Assembly: GCA_963822945.1 (NCBI GenBank)
Contig: CAWGJO010000020.1
Location: forward strand, 448,001-512,000
Origin: an uncultured Gemmatimonadaceae bacterium
Lineage (GTDB): Bacteria > Gemmatimonadota > Gemmatimonadetes > Gemmatimonadales > Gemmatimonadaceae
Reading direction: 5' to 3'
Length of the DNA: 64,000 nt
Shown here: one piece after another, positions 1-9,414 of the stretch
Layout of the letters: every line of letters starts with the position of its first letter
Numbering within the stretch: position 1 is the stretch's first letter
Notes under the pieces: model-generated
Databases searched by the model: none
What the model was told of the DNA's origin: nothing
The model's input: only the letters and a program-made list of their open reading frames with translations
Program-made: the position numbers and the translations under genes

Positions 1-1791
1 GCGAACAACCCGCTCGACCCGCGCGTGCGCGCCAACGTGGAATGGTCCCGCGATTCCAAGGCGTTCGCCGTGGTGCGTATGGACGAACGCAAGGTCGCGG
101 ACCTGTATCTGGTGGACAACCTGGCCCAGCCGCGTCCCACGCTCATGGAGTATCCGTACGCCATGCCGGGCGAGAAGAACGTGGCCCAGATGGAGTTGTA
201 CACCTACACCATCGGCGACAAGTCGGTCACGCCGTTGGACGTGAGCAAGTACAAGGACCAGCGCATCATGAACATCGTCTGGCCCGACGCCGGCCACGAC
301 GTGCTCAGCCTGGTGCGGCGCGACCGCACGCAGCGCGATCTGGAAATGATCGACATCAACCTCAAGACGCACGCCGTCACCACGATCCTCACCGAGAAGA
401 GCGGCTGGGGCGGGCTGCAGACGCAGACCCCACGCTACGTGAACGCGGGCGGCGACTTCATCTGGTGGTCCGACAGCACGGGCTGGGGCCACTACTACCT
501 CTACTCGCACGACGGCAAGCTCAAGAGCGCGCTCGGCACGGGGCCCTGGCGCGCCGAGGAGCTGGTGGACGTCGATTCGGTGCGCCGCGTGGCGTGGATC
601 ACCGGCGTCGGGCGCGAGCCGGGCGAGGATCCGTACTACCACCATCTCTATCGGGTGAACCTCGACGGCACCGGCCTCACGCTGGTGGATGCCGGCGACG
701 CGACGCACAACGCCGACCTCTCGCCCGACTACAAGTTCGACGTCGACAATTACTCGCGCATCAACCTCGAGCCGCACGCCGTGATCCGCGACGCCTCCAC
801 CGGCAAGACGGTGATGGACCTCGAGACCACGGACATCTCCGGCCTCAAGGCGCTCGGCTGGAAGCCGCCGGAGCCGTTCAAGACGAAGGCGGCCGATGGC
901 ATCACGGACATCTGGGGCGAGATGTGGAAGCCGTTCGACTTCGATTCCACGAAGTCGTACCCGATCATCACGTACACCTATCCGGGACCGCAGACCGAAT
1001 CGGTGATCTTCAACTTCTCACCCGCGGCCCAGCAGCAGCGCCTCGCCCAGCTCGGCTTCATCGTCGTCACGTTCGGCAATCGCGGCGGCAGCCCCGAACG
1101 CTCGCGCTGGTACGACACGTTCGGCTACCTCAACCTCCGTGACTACGGACTGGCCGACAAGAAGTACGTGATTCAGGAACTGGGCGCCGAGCACTCGTAC
1201 ATCGATCTCAATCGGGTGGGCATCTACGGCCACTCGGGCGGCGGATTCCAGACGGCCGCCGCCATGCTCATGCCGCCGTACAACGACTTCTTCAAGGTCG
1301 GCGTGAGCGAATCGGGCAACCACGACAACAACATCTACAACCAGAACTGGAGCGAACAGTACCACGGGCTCAGGGTCGAGACGGCCGGCGACAGCGCGCG
1401 CGGTGGCGCGCGGGGTCGCGGCGGGCGCGGGCCCCGCGGCCGCGCCGCGGCAGACACGAATGCCAGCGAGTTCGGCCGCGTCGCCGCCAGCGACAGCAAC
1501 ACCGACGTCCAGATCCACGTGCCGACGACGGTCGAGTTGGCCAAGAACCTCAAGGGCGCGCTCCTGCTCGAGACCGGGCTCATGGACAACAACGTCCATC
1601 CGGCCAATACCTACCGGCTGGCGAATGCCCTCCTCGAGGCCCACAAGCGCTTCTCCTTCATGATCTATCCGGGACGGCCGCACGGATACGGCAGCTTCGC
1701 GCCGTACGCGCAGGAGATGATGATGGAGTTCTTCGCCACGCACTTCCTGGGAGACTACTACGGGAGGAGCGCGGAGATGAGTGTGCACTGA
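1..1791 (+). CDS. S9 family (DPP IV-like) peptidase, 5' partial
   Basis: Frame is open from base 1. Beta-propeller-like region followed by catalytic GHSGGG, DNNVH and HGY motifs (Ser-Asp-His order). Confidence 0.9.
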   Translation, partial: ANNPLDPRVRANVEWSRDSKAFAVVRMDERKVADLYLVDNLAQPRPTLMEYPYAMPGEKNVAQMELYTYTIGDKSVTPLDVSKYKDQRIMNIVWPDAGHDVLSLVRRDRTQRDLEMIDINLKTHAVTTILTEKSGWGGLQTQTPRYVNAGGDFIWWSDSTGWGHYYLYSHDGKLKSALGTGPWRAEELVDVDSVRRVAWITGVGREPGEDPYYHHLYRVNLDGTGLTLVDAGDATHNADLSPDYKFDVDNYSRINLEPHAVIRDASTGKTVMDLETTDISGLKALGWKPPEPFKTKAADGITDIWGEMWKPFDFDSTKSYPIITYTYPGPQTESVIFNFSPAAQQQRLAQLGFIVVTFGNRGGSPERSRWYDTFGYLNLRDYGLADKKYVIQELGAEHSYIDLNRVGIYGHSGGGFQTAAAMLMPPYNDFFKVGVSESGNHDNNIYNQNWSEQYHGLRVETAGDSARGGARGRGGRGPRGRAAADTNASEFGRVAASDSNTDVQIHVPTTVELAKNLKGALLLETGLMDNNVHPANTYRLANALLEAHKRFSFMIYPGRPHGYGSFAPYAQEMMMEFFATHFLGDYYGRSAEMSVH

Positions 1792-1794
1792 CCG

Positions 1795-1874
1795 GGTAAG
1801 TCGGTAAGTCGGTAGGTCGGGAGGTCGGGAGGTCGGAGATTGGCGAACGCGGTCCCCGACCTCCCGACCTACCG
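1795..1874. repeat. Period-8 tandem repeat (GGTAAGTC/GGTAGGTC/GGGAGGTC) with inverted copies, likely bidirectional terminator
   Basis: Five units at 1795-1834. 1810-1829 is the exact reverse complement of 1855-1874 (20-bp stem). Lies between convergent genes. Confidence 0.85.
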
Positions 1875-1892
1875 TTGCACCGCCCTACTGCG

Positions 1893-2750
1893 TCAACGCG
1901 TCCAGATCAACGTCACGCACCCGGCGTGCTCGGCGCCGGTGGTCATGGCGCCCCCGCCGGCCGAGGTCGCGTTGTAGCGCGGCGGGACCTCGCCGGCACG
2001 GTACACCTCGATGCCCGCCACCATGCTCGGGTCGAGCATCGAGTTGATGCCCGTGTCCAGGTTCCGGGCCGCGCGCCCCGGCCCGAGGTTCGGCTTCGGG
2101 ATCGGCGTCAGCGCTCCGTCGATGTAGATCGTGCAGTCCCACATCCACGGACGCCCGGAAAGTGCCGTCAGATCGCTCATCAACGTGGGCGCCCAGTGCT
2201 CGATCTGCGCCTGGGAGATGTACGCGTTCGGGGGCGCCGCCCCCTGCCGCCGCCGGTCGTAGAATCCGGTGAGGTCGAGCTTGCGCACCGTGTCGGCGGG
2301 ACCGCGCGCCACGCCGCGCGCGCGGGTGACCACGGTCGGCATCAACTGGCCCACGCGGTCGAGAACCAGCGTGATCGGGATCGTGTCGGCCGCGCCGTTG
2401 GCGACCACCACCGTGCTCATGTTGTATCCCAGCTTCCGCACCCGCAGCAACGCCCCCGACGTGTCCATCGGCAGGAGGACCGTGCCGGTGGCGGTGGTGA
2501 GCGCCGAAAGACCGGTGAGGATGTCCTTCACCTCGGCACTGTCGATCGGTTCGCCCGTTTCGGAGTCGAAGATGCCGATCACGCGCGTCCGCACGACGAG
2601 GCCTTTCACCGAATCGGCCTGCGCCCGAACACTCCTCGGCGCGCCGAGTACGATACCGGCCAACACGAGCAGGACCGCCAGGACCGTACGAAGCGGTGCG
2701 GTGAGAGTGGCGCGCGTGGGGATGGGGGTGGGGGCGGGAGTGGGGGGCAT
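1893..2750 (-). CDS. Secreted protein with carboxypeptidase-regulatory-like domain and TonB plug-like C-terminus
   Basis: Signal peptide ending VRA-Q; GIFDSETGEPI, LRVRKLGY, GFYDRR and IYIDG...VAGIEVY motifs. Start could also be 2756. Confidence 0.65.
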   Translation of the reverse strand: MPPTPAPTPIPTRATLTAPLRTVLAVLLVLAGIVLGAPRSVRAQADSVKGLVVRTRVIGIFDSETGEPIDSAEVKDILTGLSALTTATGTVLLPMDTSGALLRVRKLGYNMSTVVVANGAADTIPITLVLDRVGQLMPTVVTRARGVARGPADTVRKLDLTGFYDRRRQGAAPPNAYISQAQIEHWAPTLMSDLTALSGRPWMWDCTIYIDGALTPIPKPNLGPGRAARNLDTGINSMLDPSMVAGIEVYRAGEVPPRYNATSAGGGAMTTGAEHAGCVTLIWTR

Positions 2751-3037
2751 AACCATCTCTCCATTCTCGGAAACATATAGAACCAAGCACCGCGCCTGCG
2801 CCAGAGTCGGCACGAGGAATCCATGGGGTGCGGGACCCGGCCACAGCGAATACTCCCCTCGCGCCGCCAACGTTTGGCATCGAATCGTTCCCGGGCGTGG
2901 CATTTCAATGGGGGCCGCGATTCCCATCGGCCTGGCGACTGAAAGCCGGCCATCGAGTGCTGATCGCTCTCGACTGGCAGTTGGCAGCAATTCGCCAGCC
3001 TTCAACGGCTGGTCCCCCCTTCCGCCTGCCCTCTATT

Positions 3038-3053
3038 TTCGGTATTTCTTCGG
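3038..3053 (+). promoter_or_regulatory. Candidate operator TTCG-N7-TTCG (possible SOS box) before imuA
   Basis: TTCGGTATTTCTTCGG in an AT-rich patch ending 2 nt before the ATG at 3056. Confidence 0.4.
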
Positions 3054-3055
3054 GT

Positions 3056-3763
3056 ATGCCAGCCGCTGCTGCCAGGGACCTCGCCGCCCTCCGTGCGCTC
3101 CTCGACGAGCGTTTTCCCGATGCCTCGCCCATCACCAGGCGGGCCACCGCCCAGCTGGCCACGGGCATCGGGGAACTGGATAGCGCCCTGCCCAGCGGCG
3201 GGCTCCCGCGCGGCCGCCTCTCCGTCTGGGCGCCCCGTGGCGGATCCACGGCCATTCTCCGCGCCGCCTGCCAGGGGGTCCTCGCCGCCGGCGAGCGTGC
3301 CGCCTGGATCGACAGCGTCGGCACCGTGGCCGGCGCCTTCTGGGATGAGGAGGGGCCCCTGCTCGTCCGCCCCTCCAGCCGCCTGAACGCGCTGCGCTCC
3401 GCCGAGGAGCTACTGCGCTCGGGCGGGTTCGCGCTGGTGGTGCTGGCCGGCGCCGAGCCCAGGGGACAGGAGACCGTCCGTCTCACTCGTGCTACCCGCG
3501 ACGGGGGCAGCGCCCTCGTCGCCCTCACCACCCATGCCGCGATGTCGGCGCTCAAGCTGACCTCGCGCATCACGCCCGCCGACTACCGCTACAAGCGCAC
3601 GCCGTTCGGAGACCCCGCCGAGATCACGCACGCCCGCGTGCGCGTGGACTCGGTGGCGCTCGGATGGAAGGCGCACGCCGAATTCGTTCTTCCGGTCACG
3701 CATCATGAGTTACGTCTGTCTCTGGAGCCCGAGCTGGCCGACCGGCGCGGCGTTTCCCGCTGA
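3056..3763 (+). CDS. imuA: ImuA-like (RecA/SulA-like) mutasome protein
   Basis: LATGIGELDSALPSGGLPRG, AAWID and AEELLRSGGFALVVL motifs; degenerate Walker A; first gene of the imuB-dnaE2 cassette. Confidence 0.8.
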   Translation: MPAAAARDLAALRALLDERFPDASPITRRATAQLATGIGELDSALPSGGLPRGRLSVWAPRGGSTAILRAACQGVLAAGERAAWIDSVGTVAGAFWDEEGPLLVRPSSRLNALRSAEELLRSGGFALVVLAGAEPRGQETVRLTRATRDGGSALVALTTHAAMSALKLTSRITPADYRYKRTPFGDPAEITHARVRVDSVALGWKAHAEFVLPVTHHELRLSLEPELADRRGVSR

Positions 3764-5151
3764 GCTGCTCACCGACCTGCTGCAGCACACCCCGCGCGTG
3801 CGCGTCGGCGCCGGCGGCCGCGTGTGGGCCGACGCCCGCGGCTTCGACGCGGGCGCACTCGCCGTCAAACTCGTGGACGTGGCGCACCGCCACGCCTATT
3901 CCAACGCCCACGCCGGCGCCGCCACCACGGCCATCGCCGCCGAGCTGGCAGCCACGCAGCGGCGCGTGCCCTTCACCGTCGTGAAGCCTGGGCACGACCG
4001 TGAGTTCGTGGCCGGGTTTCCAATAGACGTGCTCGAGCCCTCCACGCTGCTCGACAATCTGCTCGACGGCATCGGCGTGGAGACCTGCGGCGCGCTCGCC
4101 GCGCTCGACGCCGAACACGTCGAGGTGCGCCTCGGCGCCGAGGGCGTGCGCCTGTGGAAGCTGGCGCGGGCCGACGATCCGCGGCTGTTGTTCGCGTATC
4201 CCACGCGCGTGCTGCCCAGCACCACGGTGGAATGGGTGGACTACGCGCTGCGCGACGCCGAGCGGTTGATCTTCGTGGTCAATGCGCAGGCGGAGACCGT
4301 GTGCAACAAGATGGCCGGCGATGGACAGCGGGCGCGCGAGATCTCACTCGTCTTCGCGCTCGCCGACCGCACCGAGTTCACGCACCGCATTCGCTCGGCG
4401 CGTCCCACGGCCAGCCAGAAGGCGTGGATGCGGCTCATCCGCTCGGCGCTGGAGCGCATCACGCTTCCCGACGCGGTCACCGGCGTGACGCTGCGCGTGG
4501 AGTCGGTGATCGGCAACGACGGCGTGCAGGGCGATCTGTTCGACAAGGGGTTCGCCAGCGCGCCGCAGGTGGAACGCACGGTGTCGCAGCTCATGGACGA
4601 TCAGGGCGACGTGGTGCTGACCCCGAAGAACTCGGCGCACCCGCTGGTGGACGCGCGTACGGAGTGGACGCGCGAGGATCCCGCGACGGCGGCCACGAGC
4701 GGCGCGCGCGGCGTGGCCAGGGCCCAGAGGGAGGGCGGCGCAAGACCGACGCCGCACCTGACCCTGCAGCTCGTCACGCCGCCGCGGCCCGTATCGGTGA
4801 AGACTACGGAGCGCCGCGACCACCAGGTGCCGGTGCAGTACCGCGATGCCGGCACGTCGTACGCGATCGTGGATGCAGCGGGGCCAGAGCGGGTGTCGGG
4901 CGGGCAGTGGGAGGAGGGGGGCCCGTACGCCAGAGAATATTTCCGTTGTGTCCGCGAAGACGGCACGTTGGTCTGGTTGTATCGAGATGCAGCGCGATCT
5001 GTCGGTGCCGGCGTTGCCGGTCAGCTCAGAGCTGGCAGCTCACAGCTCACGGCCTTCTGTTGACGCTTCTTCGCGGCCCGCAGTTCTCCCACCTACCGAC
5101 CTACCGACCTACCGACCTACCCTTTGGTTCCTCCACGGCTGGTGGGATTGA
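3705..5151 (+). CDS. imuB: ImuB-like inactive Y-family polymerase; ORF stops at 5063, tail WFLHGWWD lies in the +1 frame (5125-5151)
   Basis: LDGIGVETCGALA and RLGAEGVRLWKLA region, beta-clamp-like motif QGDLF, C-terminal GPERVSGGQW..REYFRC..WLYRD; located between imuA and dnaE2. Confidence 0.8.
5022..5049 (+). repeat. Heptamer tandem repeat CAGCTCA (4 units, one variant)
   Basis: CAGCTCA GAGCTGG CAGCTCA CAGCTCA. Confidence 0.75.
5091..5121 (+). repeat. Octamer tandem repeat (ACCTACCG) x about 4
   Basis: ACCTACCG x3 followed by ACCTACC. Confidence 0.9.
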
Positions 5152-5158
5152 CCCCCCA

Positions 5159-8100
5159 ATGCCGTACACGGAACTCCGCGCGCACACCGCGTTCTCATTC
5201 GGTGACGGTTCGGCGACCCCGGAAGCGCTCGTCGCGCGCGCGCACGCCCTTGGCTATCGCCGCCTCGCCATCACCGACACCGCCGATCTCGGCGCCATCG
5301 TCCGCGCGCAGCTCGCCGCGCGCGCCTGCGACCCGCCGCTCGAACTGATCGTCGGCGCGGAGATCAATGTGGACGGAAAACCGGCGGCGTTCCTGGCGCG
5401 CAATGCACAGGGCTATCGCAACGTGGCGGCGCTCGTCACCGCCGCGCGCGTGGGCAACTGGGCCGCCTGGGAAAAGAACGCGCAGGGCCGGCGGCGCGGT
5501 CGGCCGAGTGTGACCTGGGAACAGGTCGCCCGGCATGCCGATGGGGTACACGCGCTCACCGGACCTGGGTCGGGTCCGCTCGCGTCGCGCGTCCTGGCCG
5601 GCGACGACGAGGGGGCGCGCCGGCTGCTGGGCGCATGGCGTGAAGTGTTCGGCGCGCAGTTGGCCGTCGAGGTCCAGTTGCATCACACCGGGGGCGCCGA
5701 GGCGGCGCTGGCCGGCGCGCTCGTCTCGCTCGCCGAGCGCGAGCGCGTGCCCTGGGTGGTGACGCACGATCCGCGCTACGTGGACGAGCGCGGCCGGCTG
5801 GTGCACGACATGCTCACCGCGCTGCGGGCCGAGTTGACCATCGACGAGGCCGCATCGCGCGGCGTGCTGCATCCCAACGGCGACTGGCGTCTGCTCGCGC
5901 CGGCCGAGATGGAGCGGCGGTGGCGCGGGCGCACCGAGGGGTTGTGCGAGAGCATGCGGATCGCCGCCGAGTGCGAGCCATGTGACTTCGCATGGATGCG
6001 TCCGCCGATGCCGAAGTATGCGGTGCCCGCCAGCCACAACGACATCAGCTTCCTGCGCGAGCAGGCGTACATCGGGGCGCGCGAGCGGTGGGGCACCGTC
6101 ACGCCCAAGCAGGCCACGCAGATCGAGCGCGAGTTGGCGGTGATCAACCGGCTCGGCTTCGCCGGGTTCTTTCTCGTGATGTGGGACGCGGTGCGCTTCG
6201 CGCGCGAACGGGGGATCCTCTGCCAGGGGCGCGGGAGCGCGGCCAACTCGGTGATCGCGTTCTGCCTGCGGATCACGGCGGTGGATCCGGTGGAGCACGG
6301 GCTGCTGTTCGAGCGCTTCCTGAGCGAGGTCCGCGTGGACGGGAAGGCCGAGGCGCCCGACATCGACGTGGACTTCGAGCACGACCGGCGCGAGGAGGTG
6401 CTCGACTACATGTACGAGCACTACGCGCGCGAGCGGGCAGCCATCGCCTGCACCGTGCAGACCTATCGTGCGCCGAACGCCGTGCAGGACGCGATGCGCG
6501 CGTTCGGGTACGAGCCGGAGCTGGCGGTGTCGATTTCCAAGCGGCTGCACCATGCGGAGCCCGCGGACGCGGCCGAGATCATCCGCGACGGGCTTGGCGC
6601 CGAGCAGGGGCTGGAGGTGAACGACGCACGCGGGCAGGCGCTGCTGAAGGGAATCGCGGCGTTCGACGGCGTGCCGCGCATGCGCTCCACGCACGTGGGC
6701 GGGTTCGTACTGTCCAGCCGGCCGCTGGGGCACTACCTGCCCATCGAGCAGACGGCGATGGGGCGGACCATCGTGCAGTTCGACAAGGACGATCTGGACG
6801 CGGTGGGCGTGCCCAAGTTCGACTTTCTGGGGCTGGGCGGGCTGTCGGCGGTGCGGCGCGCGTTCGACGTGATCGAGCGGCGGACGGGCACGCGCCCCGC
6901 GATGTACACGCTGCCGTACGACGACGCGAAGACGTACGCGCTCATCCAGAGCGGCGAGACCATCGGGACGTTTCAGATCGAGAGCCGGGCGCAGATCGGA
7001 TCGATTCTGAAGACCAAGCCCGAGCGGCTGTACGACATCGTGGTGCAGGTGGCGCTCATCCGGCCGGGCCCCATCCAGGCGAAGTTCGTGCACCCGTACA
7101 CCGAACGGCGGCTGGGGCGCGAGCCGGTGACCTATCTGCATCCGGCGCTCGAGCCCATTCTCGCGCGCACGCAGGGCATTCCGATCTTCCAGGAGCAGGC
7201 CATGGCGATTGCCATGGCGTTGGGTGGCTACACCGGCGGTCAGGCCGACGAGCTGCGCCGGACCATGGGGAACATCCGCAAGAAGGAGCGGCTGGTGGGC
7301 GCGCTTACCAGACTGCGCACGGCGATGGTGGATCGCGGCATCGACGGGGACATCGCCGACCACATCTGCGCCGATCTGGTGAGCTTCGCGAACTACGGCT
7401 TTCCGGAGAGCCACGCGTGGAGCTTCGCGCTGATTGCCTATGCGACGGCGTGGCTCAAGGCACACCATCCCACGGAGTTCTTCTACGGACTGCTGAACTC
7501 GTGGCCGATGGGGTTCTATCCCGTGTCCACGCTCATCCACGACGCCAAGCGGCACGGCGTGCCGCTGCTGCCGCCCTGCCTGCGCGACGGCGATTGGGAG
7601 TGCGGCGTGGAGGAAACGGAGGACCCGGCTCGGCCGGCGCTCCGCATCGGGTGGCGGCACGTGCGGGGTGTGGGCACGCGGGTGATCGACGCACTGAAGG
7701 ATGCGCGAATGACCGGGCCGTTCATCTCGATTGCCGACGTGGTGCGGCGGGCTCGGCTGAGCCGGGCGGACGTGCTGGCATTCGCGCGGGCGGGCGCGTT
7801 CGGCGTCTGGTCGCCGGACCGGCGGCACGCCGCGTGGGAGGGGCTGCGCGCGGTGGGCGATCTGCTGCCGCTGGCGCCGGCGTCACGGGAGTTGCACAGC
7901 CCTCCGCCGGTGGATCGCGACCGGCAGGTGCTGCTGGATTACTACGCGGTGGGGTTGAGCCTCGACGGGCATCCCATGCAGACCGTGCGCGCGAAGCTGG
8001 AGGCGGGGGGCGCGGTATCGAGCCGCGACCTGGCCACACTGCCGAGTGGGCGGACGGTGGCCATCGGCGGGCTCGTGACCGTGCGGCAGCGGCCGAGCAC

Positions 8101-8323
8101 GGCGGGCGGCACGATCTTCCTGTTGCTGGAAGACGAGTGGGGGTTCGTGAACGTGGTGGTGCACAAGAGTCTGGTGGAGGCGAACGAAGAAGTCGTGAAA
8201 AGGGCGCAGTTCGTGCTCGTACAGGGGCGGTTGGAGAAGGATTCGGGGGCGATGAATATCGTGGGGCGGAGGTTCCGGGAACTGACGGTGGGGGAGGGGA
8301 CAGTTCGTGCACCGGGCGCATGA
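5159..8323 (+). CDS. dnaE2: Error-prone DNA polymerase III alpha (DnaE2/ImuC)
   Basis: PHP start YTELRAHTAFSF, GRGSAANS, PDIDVDF, KFDFLGL, YGFPESHA and C-terminal OB fold RQRPSTA. Confidence 0.95.
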   Translation: MPYTELRAHTAFSFGDGSATPEALVARAHALGYRRLAITDTADLGAIVRAQLAARACDPPLELIVGAEINVDGKPAAFLARNAQGYRNVAALVTAARVGNWAAWEKNAQGRRRGRPSVTWEQVARHADGVHALTGPGSGPLASRVLAGDDEGARRLLGAWREVFGAQLAVEVQLHHTGGAEAALAGALVSLAERERVPWVVTHDPRYVDERGRLVHDMLTALRAELTIDEAASRGVLHPNGDWRLLAPAEMERRWRGRTEGLCESMRIAAECEPCDFAWMRPPMPKYAVPASHNDISFLREQAYIGARERWGTVTPKQATQIERELAVINRLGFAGFFLVMWDAVRFARERGILCQGRGSAANSVIAFCLRITAVDPVEHGLLFERFLSEVRVDGKAEAPDIDVDFEHDRREEVLDYMYEHYARERAAIACTVQTYRAPNAVQDAMRAFGYEPELAVSISKRLHHAEPADAAEIIRDGLGAEQGLEVNDARGQALLKGIAAFDGVPRMRSTHVGGFVLSSRPLGHYLPIEQTAMGRTIVQFDKDDLDAVGVPKFDFLGLGGLSAVRRAFDVIERRTGTRPAMYTLPYDDAKTYALIQSGETIGTFQIESRAQIGSILKTKPERLYDIVVQVALIRPGPIQAKFVHPYTERRLGREPVTYLHPALEPILARTQGIPIFQEQAMAIAMALGGYTGGQADELRRTMGNIRKKERLVGALTRLRTAMVDRGIDGDIADHICADLVSFANYGFPESHAWSFALIAYATAWLKAHHPTEFFYGLLNSWPMGFYPVSTLIHDAKRHGVPLLPPCLRDGDWECGVEETEDPARPALRIGWRHVRGVGTRVIDALKDARMTGPFISIADVVRRARLSRADVLAFARAGAFGVWSPDRRHAAWEGLRAVGDLLPLAPASRELHSPPPVDRDRQVLLDYYAVGLSLDGHPMQTVRAKLEAGGAVSSRDLATLPSGRTVAIGGLVTVRQRPSTAGGTIFLLLEDEWGFVNVVVHKSLVEANEEVVKRAQFVLVQGRLEKDSGAMNIVGRRFRELTVGEGTVRAPGA

Positions 8324-8393
8324 GTTCAGGTAGTTTCCCTCGAACCACGTCGCACCTACGCGACGGTTCGCGCCCTTGGTCGCCGCCGCCCGA

Positions 8394-9227
8394 TCAACTG
8401 AGCTGAACGGGCCCGAATTCGACCGTGTGACCGAGCGACGGGATGCGCCCGCGTGCCTTCGTGACCTCGTCGACGTCGATCTCGGCAATCACGACGCCGG
8501 GCTCCTCACCGCCCTCCGCGAGCACGCGTCCCCACGGATCGACGATCAGAGAGTGGCCGAAGGTCTCGCGGCCGTTTTCGTGTTTGCCGCCTTGCGCCGG
8601 CGCGATCACGAAGCAGCCCGTCTCGATCGCCCGCGCACGAAGCAGCACATGCCAATGCGCCTGGCCGGTGACCCTGGTGAAGGCGGAAGGAACGGCCAGA
8701 ACACTCGCGCCGGCTCTCGCCAGCGCACGATAGAGATCGGGAAAACGCAGATCGTAACAGATGCTCATGCCGAGCTTGCCCCACGGCAGGCTGGCCACGA
8801 CCGCACGGGTCCCCGGTTCGAAGTTTGCCGACTCCCGGTACTGCTCCTGTTCGGAGACGACCACGTCGAACATGTGAATCTTGTCATAGCGCGCTGCAAC
8901 GCCGCCATCAGGCGCGATGAGACAGGACCGGTTGAAGAAGCGCCCGCCGTCGGCCAGGACGGGCATCCCCCCGATCAGCACCCAGCATCCGAGCTCCTTG
9001 CTCAGATCCTGGAACGCGCGCAACGTCGGGTTGTCTCCCGTGTCGGGATGGAGCTGCGCGCGCAGGCGCCCGCGATCCTCCTCCATGATCGTCGTGTATT
9101 CCGGCGTTGCGATGAAGTCGGCGCCTGCCGCGCGCGCCTCGCGAATCAGCCCACTCGCCACATGGACGTTCTCTGCGACATCGCGCGAGGAGCGCATCTG
9201 AACACAGGCAGCCTTGAATACGGTCAT
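8394..9227 (-). CDS. Carbon-nitrogen hydrolase (Nit1/deaminated glutathione amidase-like)
   Basis: Glu-Lys-Cys triad in TPE, YDKIHMFD and ICYDLRFP; also RARAIE and GHSLIVDPWG. Confidence 0.92.
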   Translation of the reverse strand: MTVFKAACVQMRSSRDVAENVHVASGLIREARAAGADFIATPEYTTIMEEDRGRLRAQLHPDTGDNPTLRAFQDLSKELGCWVLIGGMPVLADGGRFFNRSCLIAPDGGVAARYDKIHMFDVVVSEQEQYRESANFEPGTRAVVASLPWGKLGMSICYDLRFPDLYRALARAGASVLAVPSAFTRVTGQAHWHVLLRARAIETGCFVIAPAQGGKHENGRETFGHSLIVDPWGRVLAEGGEEPGVVIAEIDVDEVTKARGRIPSLGHTVEFGPVQLS

Positions 9228-9414
9228 GAGGTCCAACCCGGTTGAGTCGGCGTATCGAGGCACGGGTCAGCAGCGACCTGAACTTCGGCTTCGCCAAGAA
9301 CATAACCCAGGCGGCGCGACGCGCATCCTCGCCTTCATCATCGGGGCCACAGTGATCGGTCGGATCCTGATGCACTTCCGCGGTTCCGCTTCCTATCCCT
9401 CGTACCGCCGCATC

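Noticed and set aside
4154..5158. 1389-aa DnaE2 with a long N-terminal extension
   Set aside because: The extension is an off-frame read of imuB; PHP homology starts at ATG 5159.
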